Positions 20,650-29,750 of a stretch of DNA of 50,712 bases are shown piece by piece. The stretch is from an uncultured Gammaproteobacteria bacterium (GTDB lineage Bacteria > Patescibacteriota > Patescibacteriia > UBA9934). The notes beneath the pieces were generated by a model that was not told where the DNA came from, ran no database searches, and saw only the letters and a program-made list of their open reading frames with translations. The position numbers and the translations under genes are program-made. The DNA is taken from the NCBI GenBank assembly GCA_964462325.1, contig CAYWYQ010000004.1, positions 1 to 50,712 of the forward strand, given 5' to 3'. Positions within the stretch are counted from its first letter, which is position 1. Each line of letters starts with the position of its first letter.

Positions 20650-20773
20650 ACGATTGTGGTTAAGTTCAACTAGTTTTCAAGAAATGAGCGAGTACATTCG
20701 ATATGTACCCAGATGTACCTTGAGGACGAACGGAGTGAATGACGTAGGAATAATAGAACTTGGACGTAATCGT
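20650..20773 (-). repeat. GTAC-hairpin foldback element abutting tRNA-Lys
   Basis: Paired ends acgatt..aagttc / gaactt..aatcgt; apical GTACattcgatatGTAC. Confidence 0.6.
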
Positions 20774-20849
20774 ACGCCGGTAGCTCAGTTGGTAGAGCGA
20801 GGGCCTTTTAAGCCCGAGGTCGTGGGTTCGAGCCCCACTCGGCGTACCA
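20774..20849 (+). tRNA. tRNA-Lys (anticodon UUU)
   Basis: Cloverleaf with ACGCCGG/TCGGCGT acceptor, loop CTTTTAA, TTCGAGC T-loop and encoded CCA. Confidence 0.96.
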
Positions 20850-21030
20850 AAAAATAATCAGGAAACTGGTTATTTTTTTTTGTCCGAGTCAGCAAGCCAC
20901 CTGCGTGGCTTGCGAGGGGCGAGAACGGCCGGAGCCTTATGCGAGCAGCGGCGAGCATGGCGAGGCCCGGACCTGAATCCCGAGCTTCTGCAGAAGCAAG
21001 AGGTGAAGGCGAGCCCCACTCGGCGTACCA
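20850..21030 (+). mobile_element. tRNA-integrated microelement bounded by a 21-bp duplication of the tRNA 3' end
   Basis: CGAGCCCCACTCGGCGTACCA at 20829-20849 and again at 21010-21030. Confidence 0.75.
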
Positions 21031-21110
21031 TGAAAAAGACGCAGCTGAATGCTGGGTCTTTTTCATTTTGCAACTTAACAACCTGGCTATTGGGCATATT
21101 GCTTAATGAG

Positions 21111-21182
21111 GAGGTCCGACATCAAGGTCCGACCTACTTATCCACAGGAGGTTAAACCTCCGTCCTGCGAGGTTCAACCTCG
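21111..21182 (-). repeat. Palindrome-DnaA-box module, copy 2
   Basis: gaggtccgacatc a AGGTCCGACCT ac TTATCCACA (21138-21146) GGAGGTTAAACCTCC ... CGAGGTTCAACCTCG. Confidence 0.85.
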
Positions 21183-21417
21183 GCTCCGTCCTAATCGTTA
21201 ATCGACTACTCCCTACAACTAATCCTCTACATCCTCTCATGTATACTTGTGGATTATTCTTGACAACATTTTGTATTCAATGCAAACTGAAATTAGTATG
21301 TTGGCTATCGCTCACAATTCCACGCTGGTCATAAAGGAGACTCTTTACTCTCCCTTTATTATTATTCTGGGAATCAAGGGGTATTATGCATCGGTGTAGA
21401 TAAAGCTGATTTATAGC

Positions 21418-21447
21418 AAAGCCCCTTCGTTACGGAGGGGCTTTTTT
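21418..21447 (+). terminator. Intrinsic terminator
   Basis: aaagccccttcg tta cggaggggctttttt. Confidence 0.7.
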
Positions 21448-21517
21448 GATGGATTGAGGAAGAGTTTGTCTTTTTCCTAAGGTCGTCAGGCTTGAAAACA
21501 GTTCATACGGAGTGAAT

Positions 21518-21709
21518 ATGTCAGATGTCATTTTAGGAGTAGAGGTATTTGATGCGGACGTGATTATTCCGTACAAAGAAACTGATTCGGCGTCGAAACG
21601 CCAACCACGTCAAGAGTCCTTTGTCGATACAAAGCTGCAGGAGGTGACGCCGTCCTCGGTACATGAGGATAATACGCATGTAATCCGTAGCATGATTCTC
21701 GATGATTGA
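21518..21709 (+). CDS. Small hypothetical protein
   Basis: ORF with GGAG upstream, followed by a GC-rich hairpin. Confidence 0.45.
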   Translation: MSDVILGVEVFDADVIIPYKETDSASKRQPRQESFVDTKLQEVTPSSVHEDNTHVIRSMILDD

Positions 21710-21820
21710 TCCTTGCTCCGCCACTTCAAACGGAGGTGGCGGGGAAATATTTTATGACTTGCAGAAAGGGACTGCCTTTTCTCCAGGTCATAAAATCTGG
21801 ACAGTAGGGCGGGGTTTGAT

Positions 21821-22447
21821 ATGCACGAAGGAACGGGTCATGGGTTTGATATATTGACAGGTGATTGTCGGAGTGACAGGGTTCCGATTGAGGATGACAT
21901 TACTGGTACAATACCTACCCATTCAAAGTTAGATGCCTCCGCGGAAGAGATCGGCATTCAAGAGGCGAGTCCGGGCATTCGGCTTGTTTGTTGCATGGGT
22001 TCGGATGCGCGCTCCGTGAGCGTACTCAATCGCATGCGGGCAATGGCACAGAGAGGCAGACTGAAGCACTCAATCGACACTGATGTTGTCTTCGTGATAT
22101 GTGGGAATCATGCCTCTCTGATGGAGAAGGTAGAGAGGATTGGTGCAGAATATGTGATTTTCCTCTTCGATACTTCAGGACGAGGTCACTTCACTTGTCT
22201 CACGACGGCAGCGTCGACGAGGCGGAAGGTTCGGTTGCCTGAGTGGGTTTCCGAGGAGGTGTGGGGGATCGCGATTCATCCTAGTGTGAATGCAAGTAAT
22301 TGTGCCGCACAGATTCTCAACCATTCGCTAAATCCGAAGGGGTTCGCGAAGATGCGGGTGGCTCGAGAGCGCATTCGTGCGGGGGATATGTACGTGCGCG
22401 AGCCTATGTATCAAGTTGATCACTATGGGAGGCGTATCTTTTCGTAG
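21821..22447 (+). CDS. Hypothetical protein with degenerate PurE (AIR carboxylase)-like similarity
   Basis: LVCCMGSD, G.GH....AAST and NA...AAQIL...RE in PurE order; SAHR motif absent. Confidence 0.55.
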   Translation: MHEGTGHGFDILTGDCRSDRVPIEDDITGTIPTHSKLDASAEEIGIQEASPGIRLVCCMGSDARSVSVLNRMRAMAQRGRLKHSIDTDVVFVICGNHASLMEKVERIGAEYVIFLFDTSGRGHFTCLTTAASTRRKVRLPEWVSEEVWGIAIHPSVNASNCAAQILNHSLNPKGFAKMRVARERIRAGDMYVREPMYQVDHYGRRIFS

Positions 22448-22494
22448 GATGTAGACACTAATACTTACCCGTGACATATTACGGGTGAAGTCTC

Positions 22495-22529
22495 CTGATC
22501 TTGTATATAACAAGATCGGGTTCTTTTTT
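22495..22529 (+). terminator. Intrinsic terminator
   Basis: ctgatcttgt atata acaagatcgg followed by a T-rich run. Confidence 0.6.
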
Positions 22530-22561
22530 ATTCAGCCTTTAGGATTAAGTCAAGGTTTAAG

Positions 22562-22660
22562 CCGAGGTTGAACCTCGAGGTTCAACCTCGGAAGGGGAGG
22601 TTCAACCTCCGGTAGGTATATGTGGATAAGTAGGTCCGACATCAAGGTCGGACCTTGAGG
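22562..22660 (+). repeat. Palindrome-DnaA-box module, copy 3
   Basis: 3x GAGGTT(C/G)AACCTC, TGTGGATAA (22621-22629), gt, AGGTCCGACAT, CAAGGTCGGACCTTG. Confidence 0.85.
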
Positions 22661-22707
22661 TGCAGAGGTGGCGTCTTCTTATAAGTAAACCTGATATAAT
22701 GTGAACG

Positions 22708-25284
22708 ATGAAAGAAATACTACATTGGCATCTTCTCTCGGGAAAGGATACGCTTGAAATAGTAGGTTCTCGTCGTACTGGACTGTCTTCTGATGAAATA
22801 GAGGGACAGAAAGAGAGGTATGGAATAAATACGCGAAGGAAGAAAAAACTTGTTCCTTGGTTTACGATTTTGTTCTATCAATTATCGGGCCCATTTATTC
22901 TCATTTTATTATTTGCAGCAGGAGTGAGTCTGTTCCTAGGCGAATTTTTAGATGTATTTGTGATCGGTGTAGCGATTCTTGTAAATACGGCACTTGGTTT
23001 TATCGAAGAATATAAGGCAGATAGATCTGTAGCGAAATTACAGGATTTCCTACCTAGGGAAGCAAGGGTAATACGAAATGGCGTTGTGACCGTGATTCCT
23101 TCTGAGGAAATCGTAGTTGGTGATGTTCTCTTATTGCGATCCGGGGATAATGTTACGGCTGATGCACGCATTTTAGAAGCACATGATTTTACTGTGGACG
23201 AATCGTCGCTGACAGGGGAATCTCGTCCGGTAGAAAAGCAGGAGTATCAATTAGAGAACGAGGTAAGTACATCGGATCAAATTAACATGGTATTTGCCGG
23301 TACGGTTATTGTAGGTGGTGAGGCACGTTCGGTTGTTGTTGCGGTTGGGATGGAAACACAAATTGGAAGGGTGACAACACTTGTTGAAGATGTGAAAGAG
23401 GAGAAAACTCCTTTGCAGAATCAATTAAAGGTACTCGCAAGATTTATAGGTGTTTCGGTCATATTGCTTGGAGTAGTAGTATTTACTACGGGGGTATTAA
23501 GAGGACGAGATGCACTCGAAATGCTGTACGTTTCTGTTGCGCTTGCCGTAGCTGCAGTGCCCGAAGGACTCATTGTTGCTTTAACCGTCATACTTGCGAT
23601 AAGCATGCAACGTATATTGAAACGAAAAGCATTGATGAGAAAGCTCGTTGCAACGGAAACACTTGGAAGTGTTTCGGTTATTTGTCTAGATAAAACAGGA
23701 ACCATTACGACCGGAAAGATGTCGGTTGCACAAATACGTTTGTTTGAAGGTATTGGAACGCAGGAAGAAATTGATCTTACGATTCGCAGCATTGTCCATG
23801 TAGATACGCGTACAAAAAATGGCGAGGTTGTGTACAGCGGATCTCCAACCGATACGGCATTATTTAAATCGATTGAATCCCGCATCACTTCAATTGATGC
23901 ACAGATTAGCCGCATAAGGGATCGACTCATTTTTGATTCAAATAATAAATTTGCGGCGAGCTTGGTTGAGAGCAATTCTGGGAATTATATGTATGTTATT
24001 GGAGCTCCAGACATACTCCTTGAAAAAGCAGATATGTCGGAGGAGGAAGAACAATGGGCAAGAAATACACTGCAAGAAATGACGCAAGACGGAATGAGAG
24101 TAGTGCTCGCATGTAAAAAAGAGGTACACAATGAAAAGAAATTATCAGTGACTGATGTTGGTGATTTAAGAATCATTGGTTTTATTGGTTTAGAAGATCC
24201 GATTCGTGAAGATGCTGCGAAGTCTATAATGAAGGCAAGATCTGCGGGCCTTTTACCGATCATGATTACAGGAGATCATCCGGAAACAGCGCGATTAATT
24301 GCAGAGGAAGTAGGATTGCTTGAAAAAGACAGTGCCATTGCAACAGGAAAAGAATTAGATACATGGGAAGATCATGAATTAGAGAGTCGGGTAGAGGATA
24401 TTTGTGTCTATGCACGTGTGATGCCACAGCATAAATTAGCAATTATTAAGGCGCTACATGCAAGGGGAAAGACGGTTGCAATGACGGGAGACGGAGTAAA
24501 TGATGCCCCAGCGATTAAAGCAGCGGATATTGGTATTGCATTTGGTTCGGGAACGGATGTCGCGAAAGAGACGGCTGATATGATTTTGCTGAAGAATGAT
24601 TTTAAGACCATTATTCACGCCATTCGCGAAGGAAGAATCGTCTTTGAAAATATAAGAAAAGTAGTTACCTATCTTCTTATTGATAGTTTTAGTGAAATTA
24701 TTATCGTGATGGGCGCACTCGCATTTAATACGCCTCTTCCAATTTTACCGGCACAAATTTTGTGGATTAATCTTGTGACAGATGGACTTCCAAGCCTAGC
24801 GTTAACATTCGAACCAGCAGAAGAAGGAGTGATGAAGGAAAAACCTCGTAAACGGAATGAGCCAATTATGAATGCCGAAATGAAAACACTCATTTTCTTT
24901 ATTGGTTTATTAACGGCGACGGTTATTTTAATCCTCTTTTTATGGATGCAGGGCCGTACGACAGATATTGATCATGTGCGAACATTTGTCTTCTTTATTC
25001 TTGGAATCGATTCATTGATCTATGTATTTGCAACAAGAAAATTTAGAAAAAGTATATTCAGATCTAATCCATTTGAAAATATCTGGCTTGTTTTTGCTGT
25101 CTTCATTGGACTTGGTATTCAGTTCTTGCCCTATCTTATTCCGGTACTACGAGAAGCATTCCGATTAACACCATTGAATCCTATAGAATGGCTTGTGATT
25201 TTTGTCATTGCGATTTCGCAACTTATACTCATTGAAATAGTGAAAGAGATCTATCATACGCGTTCAAACAAAAAATCACTCTAA
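22708..25284 (+). CDS. P-type cation-transporting ATPase (type IIA, Ca2+-like)
   Basis: TGES, PEGL, DKTGT, TGD, TGDGVND, QILWINLVTD. Confidence 0.95.
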   Translation: MKEILHWHLLSGKDTLEIVGSRRTGLSSDEIEGQKERYGINTRRKKKLVPWFTILFYQLSGPFILILLFAAGVSLFLGEFLDVFVIGVAILVNTALGFIEEYKADRSVAKLQDFLPREARVIRNGVVTVIPSEEIVVGDVLLLRSGDNVTADARILEAHDFTVDESSLTGESRPVEKQEYQLENEVSTSDQINMVFAGTVIVGGEARSVVVAVGMETQIGRVTTLVEDVKEEKTPLQNQLKVLARFIGVSVILLGVVVFTTGVLRGRDALEMLYVSVALAVAAVPEGLIVALTVILAISMQRILKRKALMRKLVATETLGSVSVICLDKTGTITTGKMSVAQIRLFEGIGTQEEIDLTIRSIVHVDTRTKNGEVVYSGSPTDTALFKSIESRITSIDAQISRIRDRLIFDSNNKFAASLVESNSGNYMYVIGAPDILLEKADMSEEEEQWARNTLQEMTQDGMRVVLACKKEVHNEKKLSVTDVGDLRIIGFIGLEDPIREDAAKSIMKARSAGLLPIMITGDHPETARLIAEEVGLLEKDSAIATGKELDTWEDHELESRVEDICVYARVMPQHKLAIIKALHARGKTVAMTGDGVNDAPAIKAADIGIAFGSGTDVAKETADMILLKNDFKTIIHAIREGRIVFENIRKVVTYLLIDSFSEIIIVMGALAFNTPLPILPAQILWINLVTDGLPSLALTFEPAEEGVMKEKPRKRNEPIMNAEMKTLIFFIGLLTATVILILFLWMQGRTTDIDHVRTFVFFILGIDSLIYVFATRKFRKSIFRSNPFENIWLVFAVFIGLGIQFLPYLIPVLREAFRLTPLNPIEWLVIFVIAISQLILIEIVKEIYHTRSNKKSL

Positions 25285-25302
25285 TGGTATAATGTCTTTA
25301 CT

Positions 25303-26760
25303 ATGGATTTTTCGAAAATAGAAAATTTTCAAGACGCGGTTGTAACGGTAATGGGTCTTGGACGATATAAACAGGGAAGTGGTCTTGGGGCGGCAAAATG
25401 GCTCATTCGTCACGGTTCACAAACAATTATCACCGATTTGAAAGATGAGGTAGAGCTAGAGGAGTCTATGAACCTTGTCATGGAATGGTATGAAAAATAT
25501 CGTGAACTACACCCAGATAGGAATATTTATCAGCCGATCTTTGTACTTGGTCAGCATAGGAAAGAGGATTTTGTTGATGTGGATTGTGTTGTTCAAAACC
25601 CTGGTGTGCCAAGCGAAAGCGAATTTATTCTCGAAGCAAAAAAACATAATGTCCCTATTGAATCTGACGTAAGTCTATTCTTCAGATTCTGTCCTTATCC
25701 TGTCATTGCGGTTACGGGCACAAAAGGGAAGACGACGACAACAAAATTAACAGGGGAGATTTTAAAACAGGTAGATGAACATGCAGTGATTGCAGGAAAT
25801 ATTAATGTGTCACCACTTGAAGCTCTTGATGATATCTTGGTACGTGGCGAGCCTACACAAATTGTACTCGAACTATCTTCTTGGATGCTGGAAAGTTTAC
25901 CAAATGCATTTCAAGAAATTGGTCATGGGCCAGAGGTGTCTATTCTCACGAATGTTTATCCTGATCATTTGAATCGATATCATTCATATGGTGATTATAT
26001 TCATTCGAAGGAGATTATTTTTGAATGGCAAAATGCAGATCAATACACCATTTTGAATTGGGATCATCCGACGGTACGAGATATGGAGGTTGAGGTGAAA
26101 GGAAGGCTTTTCTGGTGTTCGAGAACCTATCAAGAGCATGATGGGTGTTATGTGAAGGGGGATATAATTGTATTCCGGAATGGCGATAGAGAAGAAGAGA
26201 TTATTCAGCTTGATGAGGTTGCTTTGAAAGGGGAGCATAATGTTGAAAATATTCTTACAACTGTTTGTGCGGCAAGGTTAAGGAATATCCCCTTACCAGC
26301 TATTAAAAAGGTATTACAGGTATTTGAAGGAGTTGCAGATAGGCAAGAACTTGTGAGGGAAGTAGATGAAATTACCTATATTAATGATACAACGGCAACG
26401 AATCCAGATGCAGTTATCGCAGCATTAAAGCGCTTTGGTCCGGATGGAGATATTATTTTGATCGCAGGTGGTCAAGATAAGCAAATGGAATATGACCAAT
26501 TAGCCGAAGGGATAGTGAATACATGTAAGCATGTCATATTATTTGATGGAACAGCTTCAGATATTCTTGAAGAGAAGATTGCTGGCCGTGTTCCAATTGA
26601 GCTACATGTTTCTAGCATGCTTGATGCAGTAAAGAAGGCAAAAGAGGCAAGTGTAAGTGGAGACATCGTTCTCCTTTCTCCTGCCGCAGCGAGTTTTAAC
26701 ATGTTTCTCAATGAATTTGACCGCGGTGAACAGTTCCGTGAGTCGGTGAGGAATTTGTAA
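25303..26760 (+). CDS. murD: UDP-MurNAc-L-Ala--D-Glu ligase
   Basis: VTGTKGKTTT, ELSSW, DHLNRY, ND..ATN, LSPAAASF.MF....RG..F. Confidence 0.95.
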   Translation: MDFSKIENFQDAVVTVMGLGRYKQGSGLGAAKWLIRHGSQTIITDLKDEVELEESMNLVMEWYEKYRELHPDRNIYQPIFVLGQHRKEDFVDVDCVVQNPGVPSESEFILEAKKHNVPIESDVSLFFRFCPYPVIAVTGTKGKTTTTKLTGEILKQVDEHAVIAGNINVSPLEALDDILVRGEPTQIVLELSSWMLESLPNAFQEIGHGPEVSILTNVYPDHLNRYHSYGDYIHSKEIIFEWQNADQYTILNWDHPTVRDMEVEVKGRLFWCSRTYQEHDGCYVKGDIIVFRNGDREEEIIQLDEVALKGEHNVENILTTVCAARLRNIPLPAIKKVLQVFEGVADRQELVREVDEITYINDTTATNPDAVIAALKRFGPDGDIILIAGGQDKQMEYDQLAEGIVNTCKHVILFDGTASDILEEKIAGRVPIELHVSSMLDAVKKAKEASVSGDIVLLSPAAASFNMFLNEFDRGEQFRESVRNL

Positions 26761-26761
26761 T

Positions 26762-27307
26762 ATGGCACGAAATGATCAAGTACAGCTCGATATAAATGAA
26801 GAGATTCTGGGCTTAATTAGACAGAGTCCAATTGCTTTGTTCCCGCGGCTATTGGTTGGGGGCATTTGGATGTTATTCCCGTTCTTTTTCCTCTTTCAAT
26901 TCATTGCTTCTGGCTTGATAGGGATGGTGCTCTTTGTTCTCGCACTTATTTCAGGTATTTGGTGCAGCTATTCTGCTTGGAAAAAGTGGTACGGATCCAC
27001 ATTGACTCTAACAGAGAAACGTATTATAGACGTGGATCAACAAACAATAAAATATCAGCAGATTTCTGAACTTACGTATGCAGAAATAGATGATGTTATA
27101 CTAGACAAAACAATGTTTATTGAAAAAATAACATCGTTAAAAACACTCACAATTACTTCCTTTAATCCAGAACAATTTGATATAGAGTTTCCAAGAGTAA
27201 CGAAGGCAGAACAAGTAAAATCGCTTATTCTAGATATTAAGTACATGAATACAAATGATGAACTCATGCATGGGAGGCATGCATCTCAAAAAGAGAACGA
27301 ATCATGA
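26762..27307 (+). CDS. Membrane protein with a bacterial PH-like domain
   Basis: Two TM helices, then LTEKRIIDVDQ...ISEL.Y..I.DV. Confidence 0.7.
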   Translation: MARNDQVQLDINEEILGLIRQSPIALFPRLLVGGIWMLFPFFFLFQFIASGLIGMVLFVLALISGIWCSYSAWKKWYGSTLTLTEKRIIDVDQQTIKYQQISELTYAEIDDVILDKTMFIEKITSLKTLTITSFNPEQFDIEFPRVTKAEQVKSLILDIKYMNTNDELMHGRHASQKENES

Positions 27308-27732
27308 ACAGAAAACGCTTGATCAATAGTCCAAAAAAACTTCGCATTATCATTCTTGTGAATGTTGTTTTATTATGTGTGCTCGCATTAGCATTTGGTA
27401 GGGAGTATATTGGCAATATACAAATTCAAAGAGAGATTGCAGCACTTGAACAAGAGAAGCTTGATTTAGAGTCTCTCCATCTTGAAACGGCGGCATTAAT
27501 TGGTGAATTATCAAGTGAATATTATTTGGAGAAGCAGGCAAGAGAGAAGCATGGCTTAGCAAAGGATGGCGAAACACTTATTTTAGTAAAGGATGATTTA
27601 GCACAACCGAGGACGGTGCATGAAGTTAATGGCGATCAAGATACGAATGTATCAAATCCTCTTAGATGGTTTTACTACTTTTTTTCCAGAGAACAATTTG
27701 ATGTATTGAATCAATATGCCGAGAATCAATAA
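27304..27732 (+). CDS. FtsB/DivIC-family septum formation initiator
   Basis: TM helix + coiled coil + EKQAREKHGLAKDGE. Confidence 0.85.
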   Translation: MNRKRLINSPKKLRIIILVNVVLLCVLALAFGREYIGNIQIQREIAALEQEKLDLESLHLETAALIGELSSEYYLEKQAREKHGLAKDGETLILVKDDLAQPRTVHEVNGDQDTNVSNPLRWFYYFFSREQFDVLNQYAENQ

Positions 27733-28549
27733 ACTCTCGGTTACGTGTTTTTGGGACAGGTTTATGCAGGTGTGTATTGCAGGCCTCGCACTCCTTTTTT
27801 TATTTATTGGATTGCGCTCTTTGATCTTATCCTATGAGATCTATAAGGGTCCTATTGCAAGTATTGGTATACTTCTTCCTATTTCAACAGCAAGGATTGA
27901 AGGGATTCAACGCGTTTCCTACAGAAAGACAGTGCAAGTGGCAAAAATCTATGAACAAATTGGAGGTATAGATCCGTACAATCAAGCAAGATATTGGCTT
28001 GCATTCATGGCCTTATCAGGGCAATTGTCTAAAGAATTGGATATAAATATTACCGATGAGGAAATTGATGCATGGATAGAGAATGATGGCGGTGATCTTG
28101 CAGGGATTTCTGAAGGAGATACTAAAAAGTATATTGTGAAAACGTATCTTGAAATGGTTGCGATTACGCAAATATCAAAAGAGAAAGGACTGTATCAGGA
28201 TGAATCATGGTCAAGAATTATCGGCGTTGAGACCTTTGTAGAAATGGGGATTCACTTTGCAGATTTGGCGAGTCTATACTCTGAAATTCCATCTGCAAAT
28301 CAAGGTGGTTCTATTGGGATGGTGACTATTGATGATGCGCCTGATCTGTATATAACCCTATTCTCTTCAGAGGAGCCGTTTGTGATTTTGGAAGACAATA
28401 AGGCCTATTATCTTATTAAAATTCACGAAAGAGGATTTGATATTGATGATATTCAGTATATTAAGGTGAGCGAAATTGGTATATATAAAACAGGAATAGA
28501 GGGGATTATGCAGTCATATGCAAAACAATATCCCGTTTTATTCTATTAA
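27716..28549 (+). CDS. SurA/PrsA-like chaperone with a degenerate parvulin PPIase domain
   Basis: N-terminal TM, ITDEEID and FADLASLYSE..SANQGGSIG motifs. Confidence 0.65.
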   Translation: MPRINKLSVTCFWDRFMQVCIAGLALLFLFIGLRSLILSYEIYKGPIASIGILLPISTARIEGIQRVSYRKTVQVAKIYEQIGGIDPYNQARYWLAFMALSGQLSKELDINITDEEIDAWIENDGGDLAGISEGDTKKYIVKTYLEMVAITQISKEKGLYQDESWSRIIGVETFVEMGIHFADLASLYSEIPSANQGGSIGMVTIDDAPDLYITLFSSEEPFVILEDNKAYYLIKIHERGFDIDDIQYIKVSEIGIYKTGIEGIMQSYAKQYPVLFY

Positions 28550-28671
28550 GTTTTTTGTACATCACACGGCATGTATGGGGAAGTTTTTCCCTTACTATAC
28601 CCTTGGTTCAAACTCGCCATAGAAGGCTATGAAAAAATCCCAGTCTTTCGACTGAGATTATTTCATGGGTC

Positions 28672-28766
28672 ACGTTAGAGTTCTAGGTAATAGTTGCATT
28701 ATCACTGAAGTACGAAATAGAAACCTAATTCATTGATGCACGTGTTTAAACCTGAAACACTAACGT
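28672..28766. mobile_element. Putative 95-bp MITE-like foldback with a flanking direct repeat
   Basis: Imperfect 17-bp IR acgttagagttctaggt / acctgaaacactaacgt; ATGGGTC on both flanks. Confidence 0.45.
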
Positions 28767-28800
28767 AATGGGTCACTATTTCTGTATTACAAACGTAGGA

Positions 28801-28899
28801 TTTTTCTTTTCAGGCTAGGAAAGACGAGGAGCAAGAGTAAGCCGTACTGAAAGGTACGGTGTCGAGCACCACAGTCATGACAACGCCTGAGAAGAAAAA
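28801..28899 (-). repeat. GTAC-hairpin foldback element just 3' of tRNA-Thr
   Basis: Minus strand tttttcttctcaggcgttg...CCGTACctttcaGTACGG...cctagcctgaaaagaaaaa. Confidence 0.75.
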
Positions 28900-28912
28900 G
28901 ACAAGTTTTAAA

Positions 28913-28988
28913 TGGAGCCACCTGGCGGATTTGAACCGCCGGCCTCTACTTTACGAAAGTATTGCTCTACCAACTGAGCTAAGGTGGC
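28913..28988 (-). tRNA. tRNA-Thr (anticodon CGU)
   Basis: GCCACCT/AGGTGGC acceptor, loop TTCGTAA, TTCAAAT T-loop and CCA. Confidence 0.96.
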
Positions 28989-29066
28989 ATATCTGGGACA
29001 TATTTAATCATTTTTACAAAAGATTTTCAAGTTCTTTGACGTATATTCCTGTGGTATAATTTTGTT

Positions 29067-29750
29067 ATGATAAAGCTGAAGGGAGTTTCAAAAACATATA
29101 AGCCAAATATACATGCCCTTAAGCAAGTAACGATTAATATTGAACCGGGTGAGTTTGTTTCCGTCGTTGGGCAAAGTGGTTCAGGAAAAACGACATTTCT
29201 TAAAATGCTTTTTGCAGAAGAGTCACCTTCAAAGGGGAAGGTTGTAATAGGTGATTGGGATATTAGCCATATTAAATCAAGTGAAATCCCTGCTCTTAGG
29301 CGTCAGATTGGAATGGTCTTTCAAGATTTTAAACTTCTGCCTAGAAAAACAGTGTATGAAAATGTCGCATTTGCTTTAGAGGTTGCTGGGGAGTCTAATA
29401 GGCGCATACGCGAAATTGTGCCACAGGTGCTTAAAATAGTTGGATTAGCAGATAAAAAAGATCGATATCCACGGCAAATTTCAGGCGGGGAACAGCAGCG
29501 GGTTTCCATTGCTCGTTCCTTGGTTCATCGTCCAAAAATATTGATTGCAGATGAGCCAACGGGAAATCTGGATGCAATTCACTCTCACGATATTTTAGAG
29601 TTATTAAAACGTATCAATAAAATTGGAACAACGATCGTGCTTGTCACACATGACAGAGATGTGGTCAATGCTTTAAAAAGGAGGGTTATCACCCTTGAAG
29701 ATGGAAAAGTAGTTTCCGATGTTAAACATGGAAAATATTCACTCTCATGA
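29067..29750 (+). CDS. ftsE: Cell division ATP-binding protein FtsE
   Basis: GQSGSGKT, LRRQIGMVFQDFKLL, ISGGEQQR, ADEPTGNLD; adjacent to ftsX. Confidence 0.95.
   Translation: MIKLKGVSKTYKPNIHALKQVTINIEPGEFVSVVGQSGSGKTTFLKMLFAEESPSKGKVVIGDWDISHIKSSEIPALRRQIGMVFQDFKLLPRKTVYENVAFALEVAGESNRRIREIVPQVLKIVGLADKKDRYPRQISGGEQQRVSIARSLVHRPKILIADEPTGNLDAIHSHDILELLKRINKIGTTIVLVTHDRDVVNALKRRVITLEDGKVVSDVKHGKYSLS

Noticed and set aside
20654-21155. Short ORFs over tRNA-Lys/microelement, and antisense shadow ORFs throughout the window
   Set aside because: They overlap tRNAs, repeats or well-supported genes and carry no protein motifs.
21309-21323. 15-bp match to the lac operator region (cgctcacaattccac)
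   Set aside because: Short half-site only; the flanks do not match vector sequence, so it is most likely chance.
21298-21399. 33-codon ORF or ncRNA before the terminator at 21418
   Set aside because: Weak promoter and no recognisable motif; it cannot be supported from sequence alone.
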